A DNA stretch of 41,499 nucleotides, from NCBI RefSeq assembly GCF_001194135.2, contig NC_068983.1, positions 139,247,604 to 139,289,102 of the forward strand, given 5' to 3'. Origin of the DNA: Octopus bimaculoides (lineage: Eukaryota). Shown one piece after another: positions 10,531-22,252 of the stretch. A model generated the notes under the pieces. The model worked only from the letters and a program-made list of their open reading frames with translations, made no database searches and was not told where the DNA came from. The position numbers were made by a program, and so were the translations under genes. The stretch's first letter is position 1, and the number at the start of each line of letters is the position of its first letter.

Positions 10531-11424
10531 AAACGCATATCTTTTATTACATCATTCTTGATTTTAACTGAAAAGGATTCGCTTCAAGTAGAAAATTACA
10601 CTCATGAGTTAAGGACGTAACTCATTTTAATGCTTAATTTACGATGCTCGTTACTCTTATTATGTGGACCATATATAACTTTCATTATTTATCTCCGGTT
10701 GTCATATATGAAACTAGCAAATAATATTGCAATACTTGATTTTTATTATTCCGGTCAGAGGTATAATTGATTTAAGATATGAAGGGAAGGATTATTATAA
10801 CTTTAGCTCTTCAAAAAAATGTGTGCTTTTAAAATAGTTAAAGCGTAAAAGCACAGGGTAAATGCCCGAAGAAATTCATTGATTTGAAAGAAATATTAGG
10901 AAACGTAAAAGATTTGAAAATCTGCAGTTTAAATTCACACTATCGCCTGTAGGACTTATTTGAGAAAAGAGTAATAAAGATATGAAAAAAATACTTCTAT
11001 AGACATTTATTGGATACTTTTGACTTTTGTTTCTAAATAGAAATCCAAACATCAAAATACAAGAAAGATAAAAAAAAAAGAGCCAAAACATATTATTCAA
11101 TAGTTCCTATACACTGTTATGCATTAAATGTAGGAGCGTTGGTGTGCAGTTAATCTTACTGTTGCAGGAGGCAGCTGCATTGTTTTTACATATTCAATAT
11201 TAATGGGTAATATATAATATGTAAATTATATTGGAGGCATATATAGGTGAATATTTTTTCACACAAATGTACATAATTAATCTGACTTCAGTAAAAGCAC
11301 TGTTGGAGAATAGAAAACGTCTGTTTTGAAAATTGAACGAATATAAAGAAAAAACAATTTGCTGTTAAACGAAGTGACAGAAAACTACCTGATTTTGCTT
11401 TTAATTTAGCTGTGCTACAATTTG

Positions 11425-12024
11425 ATGGCTGAACACCCAGATATGGAAAAGAAGAACCGCAGGAAAGCAAATGCTTCAAGAAAAAAAGAAAGTGACCCTA
11501 CGAAGCCTAAAAGGCCGATGACTGCATACTTTTACTACCTTGCAAATTGTCGTGCGGAAAATAATAGAGTCGGCAACGCTCCATTAAAAGTGAGTGAATT
11601 CTCTAAGATATACGCCGAAAAATGGAAAACTTTGCCTCCTGATGAGAAGAAAATATATGAAGACCTGGCCTTAAAAGACCGCGAAAGATGGCTTCAAGAA
11701 ACCGGAAAACTGAACAATGGTTCTGATATGAAGCCAAAACGCCCCCAGTCAGCTTATATGATGTTTTTGAAAGATTATCGGAAAAACAATTCCGGTAAAA
11801 TGAAGGCATCCGCCCTAATTTCGAAAGCAGCTGAAGAGTGGCGCATTCTTTCAGATGTGAAAAAAAAAGTTTATACAAAACAATTCCTCGAGAACCAGGC
11901 TCGATACCAACAAGAGAAGGAAAATTACGTGAATGGTAAAAAAGATGAAGTTCAACTGGCAAAACGACCTCGTATAGAAGATAAGATTCATAGCGAAAAC
12001 TTTGAAAGTGAGGCTGTTGTATAA
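11425..12024 (+). CDS. Two-box high-mobility-group (HMGB/HMG1-2-like) protein, 199 aa, uninterrupted ORF, no acidic tail
   Basis: Intact ORF from ATG 11425 to TAA 12022-12024. Box A: DPTKPKRPMTAYFYYL...FSK..AEKWKTL...EKKIYEDLALKDRERW. Box B: KPKRPQSAYMMFLKDYR...AAEEWRILSDVKKKVY......ARYQQE. Basic N-terminus KKNRRK...RKK. Family-level identification only. Confidence 0.9.
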   Translation: MAEHPDMEKKNRRKANASRKKESDPTKPKRPMTAYFYYLANCRAENNRVGNAPLKVSEFSKIYAEKWKTLPPDEKKIYEDLALKDRERWLQETGKLNNGSDMKPKRPQSAYMMFLKDYRKNNSGKMKASALISKAAEEWRILSDVKKKVYTKQFLENQARYQQEKENYVNGKKDEVQLAKRPRIEDKIHSENFESEAVV

Positions 12025-12263
12025 TTTCGTTATCCCTTCATTCCTTATTTGGAAACAAATTTTAAAAATAGCCTGTTTTGAATTTCATAAATGACACGTT
12101 CTGTTTACGCAAGTAATGCATTTTAAAGTTTCATCCTTTGAAGTGTATTCCTATAATGGAATTTTGGGACAAAAACCAATATTTATTGCCTTAATATTTT
12201 GGTACTTTTAACTTATTTACGTGTAATTTTTTAAGTGAATTTAATATCGTGTTTTAAATGTTA

Positions 12264-12269
12264 AATAAA
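12264..12269 (+). promoter_or_regulatory. Candidate polyadenylation signal AATAAA for the HMG gene
   Basis: AATAAA about 240 nt after the stop, in a T-rich 3' region. The motif is common in AT-rich DNA, so support is modest. Confidence 0.4.
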
Positions 12270-13815
12270 ATCTGATATCGCTCGCTCATACTAAACAGGC
12301 CTTTCTTTGTTGGTATTATCGTAATGGTCACATTATATGATTTTTAAATGAGATGCAGGACACAGCTGAATACTTAGTATAAAAAAAATCTACCAGACTT
12401 GATCCAATGCATTGGTCGAAACATGATGTTAATTCTTATACGCTTGTAACAAAAAATATTATTTCATTAAAAGGTTTTAACTAAACTTCAATGTTAATCT
12501 ACGACTAAAAATTAGATTTAATTTGGAGAAACAGTAAAATATTTATTGAAATTTTAGAAATTTGTCCGGTTAATGTTTTAGTATCATTCTATGTGAAAAT
12601 ATAACCCGAGACCAATTTATCAACCAGCTCTTAAAGTGATGGAGTGGGTATCTAAGAAGCATGGGCCAACTATAAACTTGTAAGATACCAAATTTTAACG
12701 GCAAGTTTGCTTTATTTTCGACAAGTTTCTGTGTCTCTAAATGTTCGTCACTCTGCTAATTATATATTAAAAGTGAACAAAAAGCAATAGTGTCCATATA
12801 AATTCTTTCACTGTACATAATGGTACTAAATTGTTTTGACTGGGAAGGGAAGATTAAATGTCTCCCGTTATGCACCAGGTGACTAAATTGTTTTGTCAAA
12901 TTTCATCAAGCGAAAATAGAAAATTATTTCTATTTAGTATTTGAATACCGTAGACGCGGAAACGAGTAGTACTTTTAAGCTATTTATGAACACTTCAGTC
13001 ATAATCCACTACTTTATTTTAAAAATTGTAATGAGTATTCTCGCGAGAATGCCCGATTACATGGCTCGGGCGTCAAATAAAAAGGTTTTTACTTGAAACT
13101 TGAGTTCCTTCTATTCTGGCTCAAACTCCACTTCAATGCTAATTAAAATATTATCTACATTGGATATAGGTTTCTTTTTTTTAGTTCTTGCATATTACGA
13201 TCTAATCCCTTCGAAGGAATTAATTTTTTCTCTGAAAGAATATTAGTTTCAGCTATTTAAAAAGTACATTATTCAGTTTATATATTGTAGGTACGACTGA
13301 GGTTTCAAATTTTAAACATTTAGATGATATCGATTTGCGGTATGATCTACGATATCATTCACACTGCTGTTTGCTCTTGCAAAATTGTCACATTAAGAAA
13401 ATTTGCGTTACTCTTCATTATACTAAACGGAAGGATTTCATTTACTTTTACAAGCAAATGTATTAGCATGTGTTTGTTAAACATTGTTGAATGTAAAGCT
13501 TTGCTATAACCATAGTAAGTTTCTTTAGGAATGGGATTGATTAATGGTTGGTGAAGCTCTGTAATTTTAAGGTGAATGGTGATTGATTGTGAGTGTAATT
13601 GCCAATTATTGTTTACAGAAAAATTCCAGAAGCTCGAAGTTTAGTATCGTGAGCTTCTAAAATTACTCGGGATTTTAGTGTATGAAACCATAATCGAATC
13701 CAATTACACGTTTATAAACCAAGATGAAACCTCCCTTTAATATACTAACACAATAGACATTCCCAAAGGTGCTACAATACCGATGCTGCAGCGGAAAATC
13801 CACCGCTAGCTAAGA

Positions 13816-13818
<3 letters not shown>

Positions 13819-13876
<58 letters not shown>
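13819..13876. repeat. Compound microsatellite (TC)n(TA)n
   Basis: Direct reading. Confidence 0.95.
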
Positions 13877-14974
13877 CACTCGCCTTGAGTGAACGAAGAA
13901 AGTTCATAGTTCAATGCGCAGATCTTAAAATTAGGAAACTTTGCAGAATGGAAAGCTCAGAAATACGAAGCCAGGATGGTCGCAACTGAAATGCCTTTAG
14001 TCATCACTGCACGGTCACAGCTAATTACGGGTTTAACAAGAAATAACTGAAATGGAAATGCTGAAATGATAAAATGACCAGTATTTTCACTTTTCCACTT
14101 CTTTAAGAGTGGAGGCGAGGAGCAAAGCGCCAAATGCGAGACAAATAAAAGGTAAGACCCTGTCAAATTAAATGTTAGATTGAACGCTTAGTTGCCATAC
14201 AGTATGTACAAAACATTTTTGAGGAAATTTGTCAAATTATTCATATTCGACTTTGGCACACCCATGCATATTTCTAGCCGCGTCATTGAAGCTAGCTTTT
14301 CAATCAATCACGAATAATTAACGAACCGAATTTCTCAGTGCCATTGATTGTGAGTAGGAAAAAAGTCTTGATGTTGATCATAATTAGCATGTTATCTTTT
14401 CATTATCTGATTTGAAACGTGAATATTGAGAAAAGTATGTATTTAGTTTCTATTTCCGTTATATATATATATTATTCCAAATAATTACCTCTAATTAAAT
14501 TGAAAGCTAATTTCTGATTTTTTTCTCAAGCGTATATATAAACTATATAAAATAATGCATCATAATCAAATATTCTGCAGTGTTACTGGGTTAATTTATA
14601 TATTAGATTTGAACACAACTAACTGATGAACTTTTAATGCATATTTGTATGTCTCATATACGTTACAAATAATGTTCAAATTTCTCCAAATTAAAACCTT
14701 AGTTACCCTATGTAATTGCTAAGTGAGAAACTGTATAAGAAGTATATATGATGATGATAGATAAGCCATATGTCCAACTATTTTAGCTTCTACATAATAA
14801 AATTCTAAATGCCAAGTATTGTTTGCCGCCGAGTTATAAAATTGAAATTACTCTGCATTGCTTTACATTCAAAATTAGTAAAAAAATATTGCTGGGCATA
14901 TGGAAATTAAATTTCAGGGAGTCGATTAATGGAAAACGCTGTAGATCTACTGTTTTAGAATATAACATACATTG

Positions 14975-15168
14975 GTTTCATATTTTGGCTCAAGTTCAGT
15001 GGAGGTGTTGAGTCGGTTACACCGACCCCATTACTCAAGTGGTACTTATTTTACAGAGCCCGAAAGGATGAGAAGCAAAGTCACCCTTGGTGGAATTTGA
15101 ACACGAAACAAAAGGCTGACCAAATCGCAAGAAAAGTTTTTCTCCACGTGCTAACAATTCTCCCAGTT
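14975..15168 (-). mobile_element. Old family-A-related SINE
   Basis: Contains GGTACTTATTTT...CCCGAAAGGATGA..GCAAAGTCAC...GGAATTTGAAC...CGTGCTAACAATTCTCCCAG, colinear with 4814-5028. Confidence 0.7.
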
Positions 15169-15498
15169 TACAATATAACAAATATTCCAAAAGATGAGCA
15201 CAATGTTTGAGGCCAGTAAACGGCAGTTATAAGTGACTCGCGCGACTGCTGAAGATTATGGTGTAGTTTAGCCTATAGGCCATGGTAAATATATACGATA
15301 CAGTTTATATAAACAGGCTATGATAAATATAAACTATACAGTTTATATTCCGATAAAGCCCATCTTACTAAATACTGTTGGATATTTTACCCAACTAAAG
15401 GTGTTTGATAGTGATTATCATTAGTTGTGATATATGCAGTGATTTCGTCAAATTCTGACTTGATTTTTTGGGGGTTTAAATGTGACTTTTGAAATAAT

Positions 15499-15718
15499 TA
15501 TGAGGAGACGCTGAAAATTTCCTGGTTTTAAAGTTGTTGCGAAAGTCAAGGTTGGTGGCCCAAACTTCCGAATGCTTTTTCATGGCTTAGAAAAACTGAA
15601 GGACCACTGCAATAAGTATGTGAATCTGAGACGGGAATATATTGAATACTATTTTAATTAACTGATCTTTCTGGATTTTTTTTAACGAAAGCTAAGAAAT
15701 TTTCAGCGCAACATCGTA
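15499..15718 (+). mobile_element. 220-bp internally deleted mariner derivative (MITE-like)
   Basis: The ends TATGAGGAGACGCTGAAAATTTCCT and AGAAATTTTCAGCGCAACATCGTA are imperfect inverted repeats starting and ending in TA. The interior encodes GLEKLKDHCNKYVNLRREYIE*, resembling a mariner transposase C-terminus. Confidence 0.7.
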
Positions 15719-16560
15719 GGTAATACTTAGATTCTGTCTCGTTGGTTTGCTTGGATGCTATGTGTAGCAAAATGTAGGGTGGTGAAGCTACTTAAAACAA
15801 ATTTAAAAAGAAAAATGAGCGAGACAGCACACTCGGCAGTGTGTCGAGCTTTATGTTTTTTCTGTCGTAGTTTAATTATGTTCATCTCCCTTCCAATACA
15901 TATATCGGCTGGGTCAAATGTTATCTTTCTGCATTAAAATAATTTTCGAGTGCTCGTATGATTATATATTTCTCTAAATATGTGAGCTCTAGCTTTCTTT
16001 ATAAATACTTATTTAATCGTAAAACTCCGGGTTCATAATCCTCTCAGACCATTCCAATGTAGTGATCAGCATGAGTTTCTTTAATCTAATTCGTATGGAG
16101 GTGGTTTCAGATAACCTGATTTTCAATTACAAATAAAATCTTCAGAATGTGGACAGACTAGTTCAGCATGGGATTCGGAGAGGCAAGATAATACATATTG
16201 CTAATTTAGAGGATATTAAGATGATGGCAGAATGGTATGTGCGACTAAATAGCACATCTGAAAGACCTGATAGTGGTACAGTGAATATCAAATGAAAAGT
16301 TGATTGCGATTTACAAAATGCTTTAATGTCTAATGTATATTTAAGATCAAAACTTCAGTCATCTGAAGGAAGATCTTGAGATCTTGCATTTTGCGTGAGA
16401 GTAGATGGGATGGAGAAACTCTCGTCACTTAACCAACAGAAAGAAAACTGCATTAAAAGGTGCCGAAGCAAATAATATAAAGATTACTACTGACCGTGAC
16501 AGCTATTAAGGCTTCAACGCGCGCGCGCACACACACACACATACACACACACACACACAG

Positions 16561-17478
16561 ATAATGTGGTTTTTTTCAATTGCATGAACTAAGAGCAGGA
16601 GGGGGACGGGATAAACTAGCTGCATCAACTTGCTATAAAAGCAGATAGTAATTGTACCTTGGCTTACTGTCAGTGCAGGTTTTAAAGAGTGCAGTTCGAT
16701 TTTAACAGTTATTTTTTCAAAGCTATATTGGAAGTGACAAAGGAGCATATTCGGCAGATTTTTCTTAATGAGTTCAGTAAAAGCAACAGCGTAACGGAAA
16801 GTGCGGGAAATATTAATGCAGTATATGAAGATAGGACAATAATCATAAGCCAGTGTCAACGCGAGTGTCAATGGTGGCTCCAAAAATTCTGAACCAGAAA
16901 CCACAGCTTAAAAGACGAGCCTCACACTGGAAGTAGAGTAGAGCTCGAGCAGTACGTCCTGCAAAAACTAGTGGCAAAAAATACCATCGTAACTGTTGAA
17001 GACCTAGCAGAAAAGCTTAGATTTGGTCATTCAAACATTCATTGACACCAGCGCTTGAAGTAAAATGACCATCTTTGATTTAAAGGCGTAAAGTGTTCTT
17101 CAATCAGGACAATGTCCGGTCACATACATTTAAAACGACATTGAAATGGGTGGAGAAGTTTGAACGGGAAACGATGCAACACCCATTACATTCGCCAGAC
17201 AATGCGCCATCTGATTATCATTTATTCCGCAGTCTTCAAAATTATTTGAATGGAAAAAATCAGAATTCTGTAGCCGATGTCAGTCCAGTACTGGAAGAAT
17301 ATTTTCAGTCACAAACTAGTGAATGTTGTTAGAGCTGCCTTGCATGTCAACCACATAGATGGAAGAGCATTATAGAAAATGAAAGAGAATCTTATTTTAC
17401 ATGAACAATGGATATTAACTTAATTTTGAAAAATTAAAGAAGTATAAACAACCACGTCATTGATGGAATGACCCAATA
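16561..17478 (+). mobile_element. Mariner transposon relic with internal deletion
   Basis: N-terminal EVTKEHIRQIFLNEF...AGNINAVYED...CQWWLQKF...LKDEPHTG, then FNQDNVRSH...HPLHSPDNAPSDYHLFRSLQNYLNGK (QDNA.PH and HPPYSPDLAPSDY motifs). The right end ...GGAATGACCCAATA runs into (TA)n. The left end is only partly recognisable after a (CA)n tract. Confidence 0.85.
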
Positions 17479-17749
17479 TATATATATATATATATATAAA
17501 TTTTATTTAATATAATTAAATACGTGAATAAAAATAAAAATGAAAATAATTAAAAAAAAAAACTCGGTGAAGCTTAATCTTAAAATCAAATTTATAAAAC
17601 AGTCGAAGACTCTCTTAAAACTGAAGTCGGAATATACACTAGCGTTCCGATTCAAAATAACTATACTGTGTAAAGTCAAATTCAAATGCAACAGTAAAAA
17701 AATATATTTCGAAAGTCAAAACATTTTACCCATACTGTATTTCGTCGGT

Positions 17750-18165
17750 TGACATTTTAAATTATGTGGCGTGCCTTCAGGAAATTAAGCACTCGCGTCT
17801 CTGGTTGAAAGGGTTTTTATCCTGGAACAAGATGAAGAACTCTAAGAGGGAAAGATTACATTTCATAGGTCTTTTATACGCTCCATGTCTGTATGCTAAT
17901 GCTCTTTCTAGAATTTTCCAGGTTACATTGAAAGGACGGGTGTCATTCTCTTTCAATACTCAGACATGATTTGCAAGACTAGTCACTGTCCTCTTCTCGG
18001 GGTATCGGAAATAATTTCTGTGGGAATCGAGACTTGAATGAATTCTCTGAAGATCCTGTATGTTTTATATTCTTGCGAGCCATCTACATACACTTTGGCT
18101 CTATAAACAACACCGTTTCCAAGATATTTTCGTTTCAACGAAGAGCAATGCTTATCTTGGCAGTT
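17750..18165 (-). mobile_element. PLE GIY-YIG endonuclease relic with Cys-rich linker remnant (Hydra-clade-like, inference)
   Basis: NCQDKHCSSLKRKYLGNGVVYRAKVYVDGSQEYKTY, then shifted GSSENSFKSRF and HRNYFRYPEKRTVTSLANHV*VLKEND...FNVTWKILERALAYRHGA...KCNLSLLEFFILFQDKNPFNQRRECLIS*RH. Confidence 0.75.
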
Positions 18166-18244
18166 GTGTGTGTGTGCGTGTGCGCGCATGTGTGTGAGTA
18201 TGTGTGTGTGTGTGTGTGTGTGCGTGCGTGTCTGTGTGAGTAGA

Positions 18245-18442
18245 TTTTAAATTTTGGCACGAGGCCAGGAATTGCGGGGAGGGGCCTAATTCAAATTCAT
18301 CTACTGAGCTGGTTTTATTCTTTCGACTCCGAAAGGATGAAAGGCAAAACCAGCACCAGCGGAATTTGAACAGTGAACTCAGAAAACAGACTGAGAAAAT
18401 GTCGTAAGGACTTTTCCTGGCGTGGTTACTGTTCTGCCAGAG
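18245..18442 (-). mobile_element. Old family-A-related SINE
   Basis: TTGGCACGAGGCC...CGACTCCGAAAGGATGAAAGGCAAAA...GCGGAATTTGAAC...TTCTGCCAG, colinear with 4814-5028. Confidence 0.7.
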
Positions 18443-18576
18443 TTGATTTTACGGACTGGAAACCCACTCACGTCTAAAAAACGAGTTTCGAAATTCTGTG
18501 ACAAATTTAGTCAAGTAACCTCTACTATTATTTGGTTTTTCAATAGTATATAAAAACTGTTTAGGAGAGTCTGAAT

Positions 18577-18614
<38 letters not shown>

Positions 18615-21114
18615 ATTCTGCTATACATACATATATACATAAATATATAGTACTCTGATACTGATCCGCGTAAATATGTGTTCACCATCGCATTGAGGAT
18701 TAAATATTTTTTTTATTTGGAGATTAACAAAGCGACAAATGGTTCCATGTAAACAGAATCTCCTAACAATCATCAAATATATCACATGGGAACGTTGGTA
18801 CTCGACTTCATTTTGAATGAGAACATATATTAAAATACGGATTTTGATTAAAGTAGGGATTCAGATAAACTAGTTTAAAAAAGTAAATTCGTTTTTTAAA
18901 ATTGAAGCTAGTTAATAATTGCAAAACAGCAAAGGAAATAGAAAACTGCGGGAAGCTTTCCTGTAATTGGAACGAAATATTCCTAAATTTATTTCATTCT
19001 AATTCCGTTTTTGTAAGTAATGTCTTTAATAGGATTATTAAACCGTGTTTGTAATCTGACCTTTATAGATACACTTCGCCAAAAGTGATGTACCTTCAAA
19101 GCTGTATGTTATGGGGCTAGAACAGCCCCATTATTAATGATTGATCTTTGCATATATAAGGTCTTCACGAGGGTACGATTTTGCAAACATGATTTAATAG
19201 ATAGGAAAGAACTGGACAAAAGTTATAATGGTAGCTGATAATCGAATAGATTTTACGTGAATCCTATTAAATTCTGCGTCAGTCGCTGCATTGATTTATA
19301 GCGATAGAAATGTTTTGCTCTCTATCAAATTCAAAAGCTGCTTTGCCTGAATCTTTATCTCATCTCCATCTATAAATATAGATTTTAGCGTTCTTGTACA
19401 GAGCTACACCAATGTAGCTACACAAATGTAAATCGAACTTTTGTCATTACGCTTTCTCACATAATATTTCCATTATAATATTATGAGTAGCCAAGTGTGA
19501 TATGTCTCATATTTAAAGTAATTAATCGTATTTATATATCATGGTCAATGTTTCATCGCTATATATTTGTTGTGCATTTGCGTTTATAATAATTATACAA
19601 TTGATATGCTTTATGATGTGAAGTTATATCGTTAATTTTGGTGTGAGGTATAATCAAATTGAAATGAACGATAGCGATGTATTTGGTTTGTAATTCCTCA
19701 TCGGGGAAGAATAATGAGTAAATCGTTAGTTTAACGGCACTCTTATTGAAATAAGATCTTACATCCATGTAGTTCCAATATCAAGTATTGTCTTTAATTT
19801 GATCTGTTTCTATTATTACGAATATATTTACAATCACTTCTATATCATCTGAAGGCCCTAATGTAATTCAAATCTTTCCTAATTTATGTTTAATTAAATG
19901 TAAAAATCAATTGTTTGATTTTATATAGTTTCGGTTAATTTAGTCGCTAGATAATTGGCAATGTCTATCATATATGAAACCCTCTTTTCTGTTCACTTGC
20001 TGTCCTGTATGAAAGGAGTTTTCAGGTATTTAACAAAGTATATATGACGGTTCGAACTGTGGTATGTATTTTATTCTTTGAAGAATATATTTCGGGAAAA
20101 ACCAGTTTTACCCCCAAAATGCCAAGTGGTATTAAGTGATACACAAACTCTAATCAGTGAGAGAAAGAGAACATATCAAGGACGAATTTATTGGTAATAA
20201 ATATTAGTGGAGGTATTGTAATTTTCAGAATGTGAAGCAAATTGAAGGAATGCTAGCAGATTTCAAAAAGTTTGAAGCGTGCGGAATAGTTGCGACATAG
20301 TAGGAAAATGATTTTGGAATATTAGGAGAAAATAGATTATAAAATAAAGGGTAATTAGAATGAGTGATAGTCACTTTAATATTCAATGAAAATTCCTAGT
20401 GTTTATCAAACCACTCAAAAAACTGCTATAAATTCTACTACTTGCAACACCTCAGCGCTACAGCTCATGAGGGAATGGAATGATTGCACAGGGTTGAATC
20501 ATCCAAGTACAGTGCATTTTCATCGGAAATATATTAAGTGTCGTGGTAAACATTAAGCATTATACGTTCATGAAAATAGCTATGTGATGAAATGATTTTT
20601 GATTTTGATTATAACAACATATGACCGATCGGCTAGTTATTTAACATAGAGATGTGCTGAAACGATTCGTTCGGTGAAATGATGTTTATCAAAACAGTAT
20701 ATAATAGGTGGAATAATGCATTAAGTCAACAAAACATCAATAACACTCAAAGTTCTCACCCCGATGAGCGGAGGTATGGGTGGGCGCTCTAATAAGATGA
20801 AAAAAAAGTATTATCAACAAGGGATCTCTACTCGAAGTCAATTGTCATTCCTGAAAACTACAAGCGGAGGATTACCCGTTAAGTTCTTTGTGTTTATCAT
20901 CGTCGATTCTCTTAGCAACGTTTGCATATGGTCGTCTTTGCTAGATATATTTTCTTTGCCTTGTTTCATGCTCATAGTAATTATGAAAAGTATCAGAACG
21001 ACCAAAATTTACTTAAATCTGTTTTGGGTAGAATTACCAGCATCCCCAAGTCATGGTGAGTTCTGTCGAAAATGCAATTTGGAACAATTGATGAAATTTA
21101 AATAGTCGTGAATG

Positions 21115-21248
21115 TACGGTAGGCTGGCTTGTCAACCACATGGTTAAGAGTTCCGTCCAATTGCGTGGCAACTTGGGCGATTGTCTTCTAATATAGCCTC
21201 AGGCCAACCTGAGGTTTCTGAATGGATTTAGTAGATGGAAACTGAAAT
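21115..21248 (+). mobile_element. Decayed family-E SINE head
   Basis: CAACCACATGG...TTGCGTGGCAACTTGGGCGATTGTCTTCTAATATAGCCTCAGGCCAACC...GATGGAAACTGAAA aligns with 7530-7645. Confidence 0.7.
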
Positions 21249-21249
21249 T

Positions 21250-21900
21250 GTTTGAACGTATATTTACTCAACTGTGGACATGTTAGAGCCTGTTTCTCTC
21301 TTGTGTTCAAGAGAATAAATTTAGAAGTGAAAATTTGGTGCATTTCTTCCATAGGAAAGTCGCATATATATCGCCTTTTCTATAAAGTTTTACCTTACTA
21401 TTTCTCATCCAATCGAATATACTTTGTTATCGTCTAGTGCCCATATTAGTTTACTGAAGCTAGTAGTATTCATTTTCTCCCTACATCTGCATGAATTTGA
21501 AAGATTGGCAATTCTTTATTAAATATAACGAGAACTAGCTCCGATATAGGAGTATTCCCTATTCTCTGAGATAAATTTAGATCTGTGTATAATATTTTTG
21601 TAGCTACATTTATAGTTAAGCAGGCAAATCTTGTTCGTTGCGCAATCACATTTGACAGTCCTGCTACTTCCATTAACATTTACCGCTTCATCTTCACCAC
21701 AGGTGATTTCTAAATTTCCCCTATCTTCTGTCGTATGTCCTTATTTGGGCAAATGCGTTTTTCCCAATACATATTTTTGCTTGCAATAATCTGCTCTTTT
21801 GGCCAAACCATCGTATCTTCAGCTGCTTCAGATGGCAAGATATCAAAAATTGTTAAAGTGTAGTGCAGCAATTTTGCTATGGAATAGTTTTGAACATTTG
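21250..21900 (-). mobile_element. Second PLE endonuclease relic with intact CxC-x5-C-x5-C linker (Hydra-clade-like, inference)
   Basis: EQIIASKN...RTVKCDCATNKICLLNYKCSYKNIIHRSKFISENREYSYIGASSRYI**RIANLSNSCRCREKMNTTSFSKLIWALDDN, then shifted CDFPMEEMHQIF..KFILLNTREKQALTCPQLSKY. Confidence 0.7.
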
Positions 21901-22182
21901 GGTATCGGACTTACGATACTTTTGCCTAATAGCAACGATATATATATATATATATATATATANNNNNNNNNNNNNNNNNNNNNNNNNNNNNNNNNNNNNN
22001 NNNNNNNNNNNNNNNNNNNNNNNNNNNNNNNNNNNNNNNNNNNNNNNNNNNNNNNNNNNNNNNNNNNNNNNNNNNNNNNNNNNNNNNNNNNNNNNNNNNN
22101 NNNNNNNNNNNNNNNNNNNNNNNNNNNNNNNNNNNNNNNNNNNNNNNNNNNNNNNNNNNNNNNNNNNNNNNNNNNNNNNNNN

Positions 22183-22250
<68 letters not shown>
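22183..22250. repeat. (AC)n microsatellite abutting an assembly gap
   Basis: Direct reading. Confidence 0.95.

Positions 22251-22252
<2 letters not shown>

Noticed and set aside
11425-12024. Assignment to TFAM, SSRP1 or SOX
   Set aside because: No mitochondrial-type leader, no SSRP1 N-terminal domains and no SOX signature are visible; no specific symbol was given.
12390-12430. Hammerhead-like hairpin followed by GAAACATG
   Set aside because: No CUGANGA core upstream; at best a dead remnant.
20764-21105. 113-aa ATG ORF
   Set aside because: No recognisable motif or splice context.
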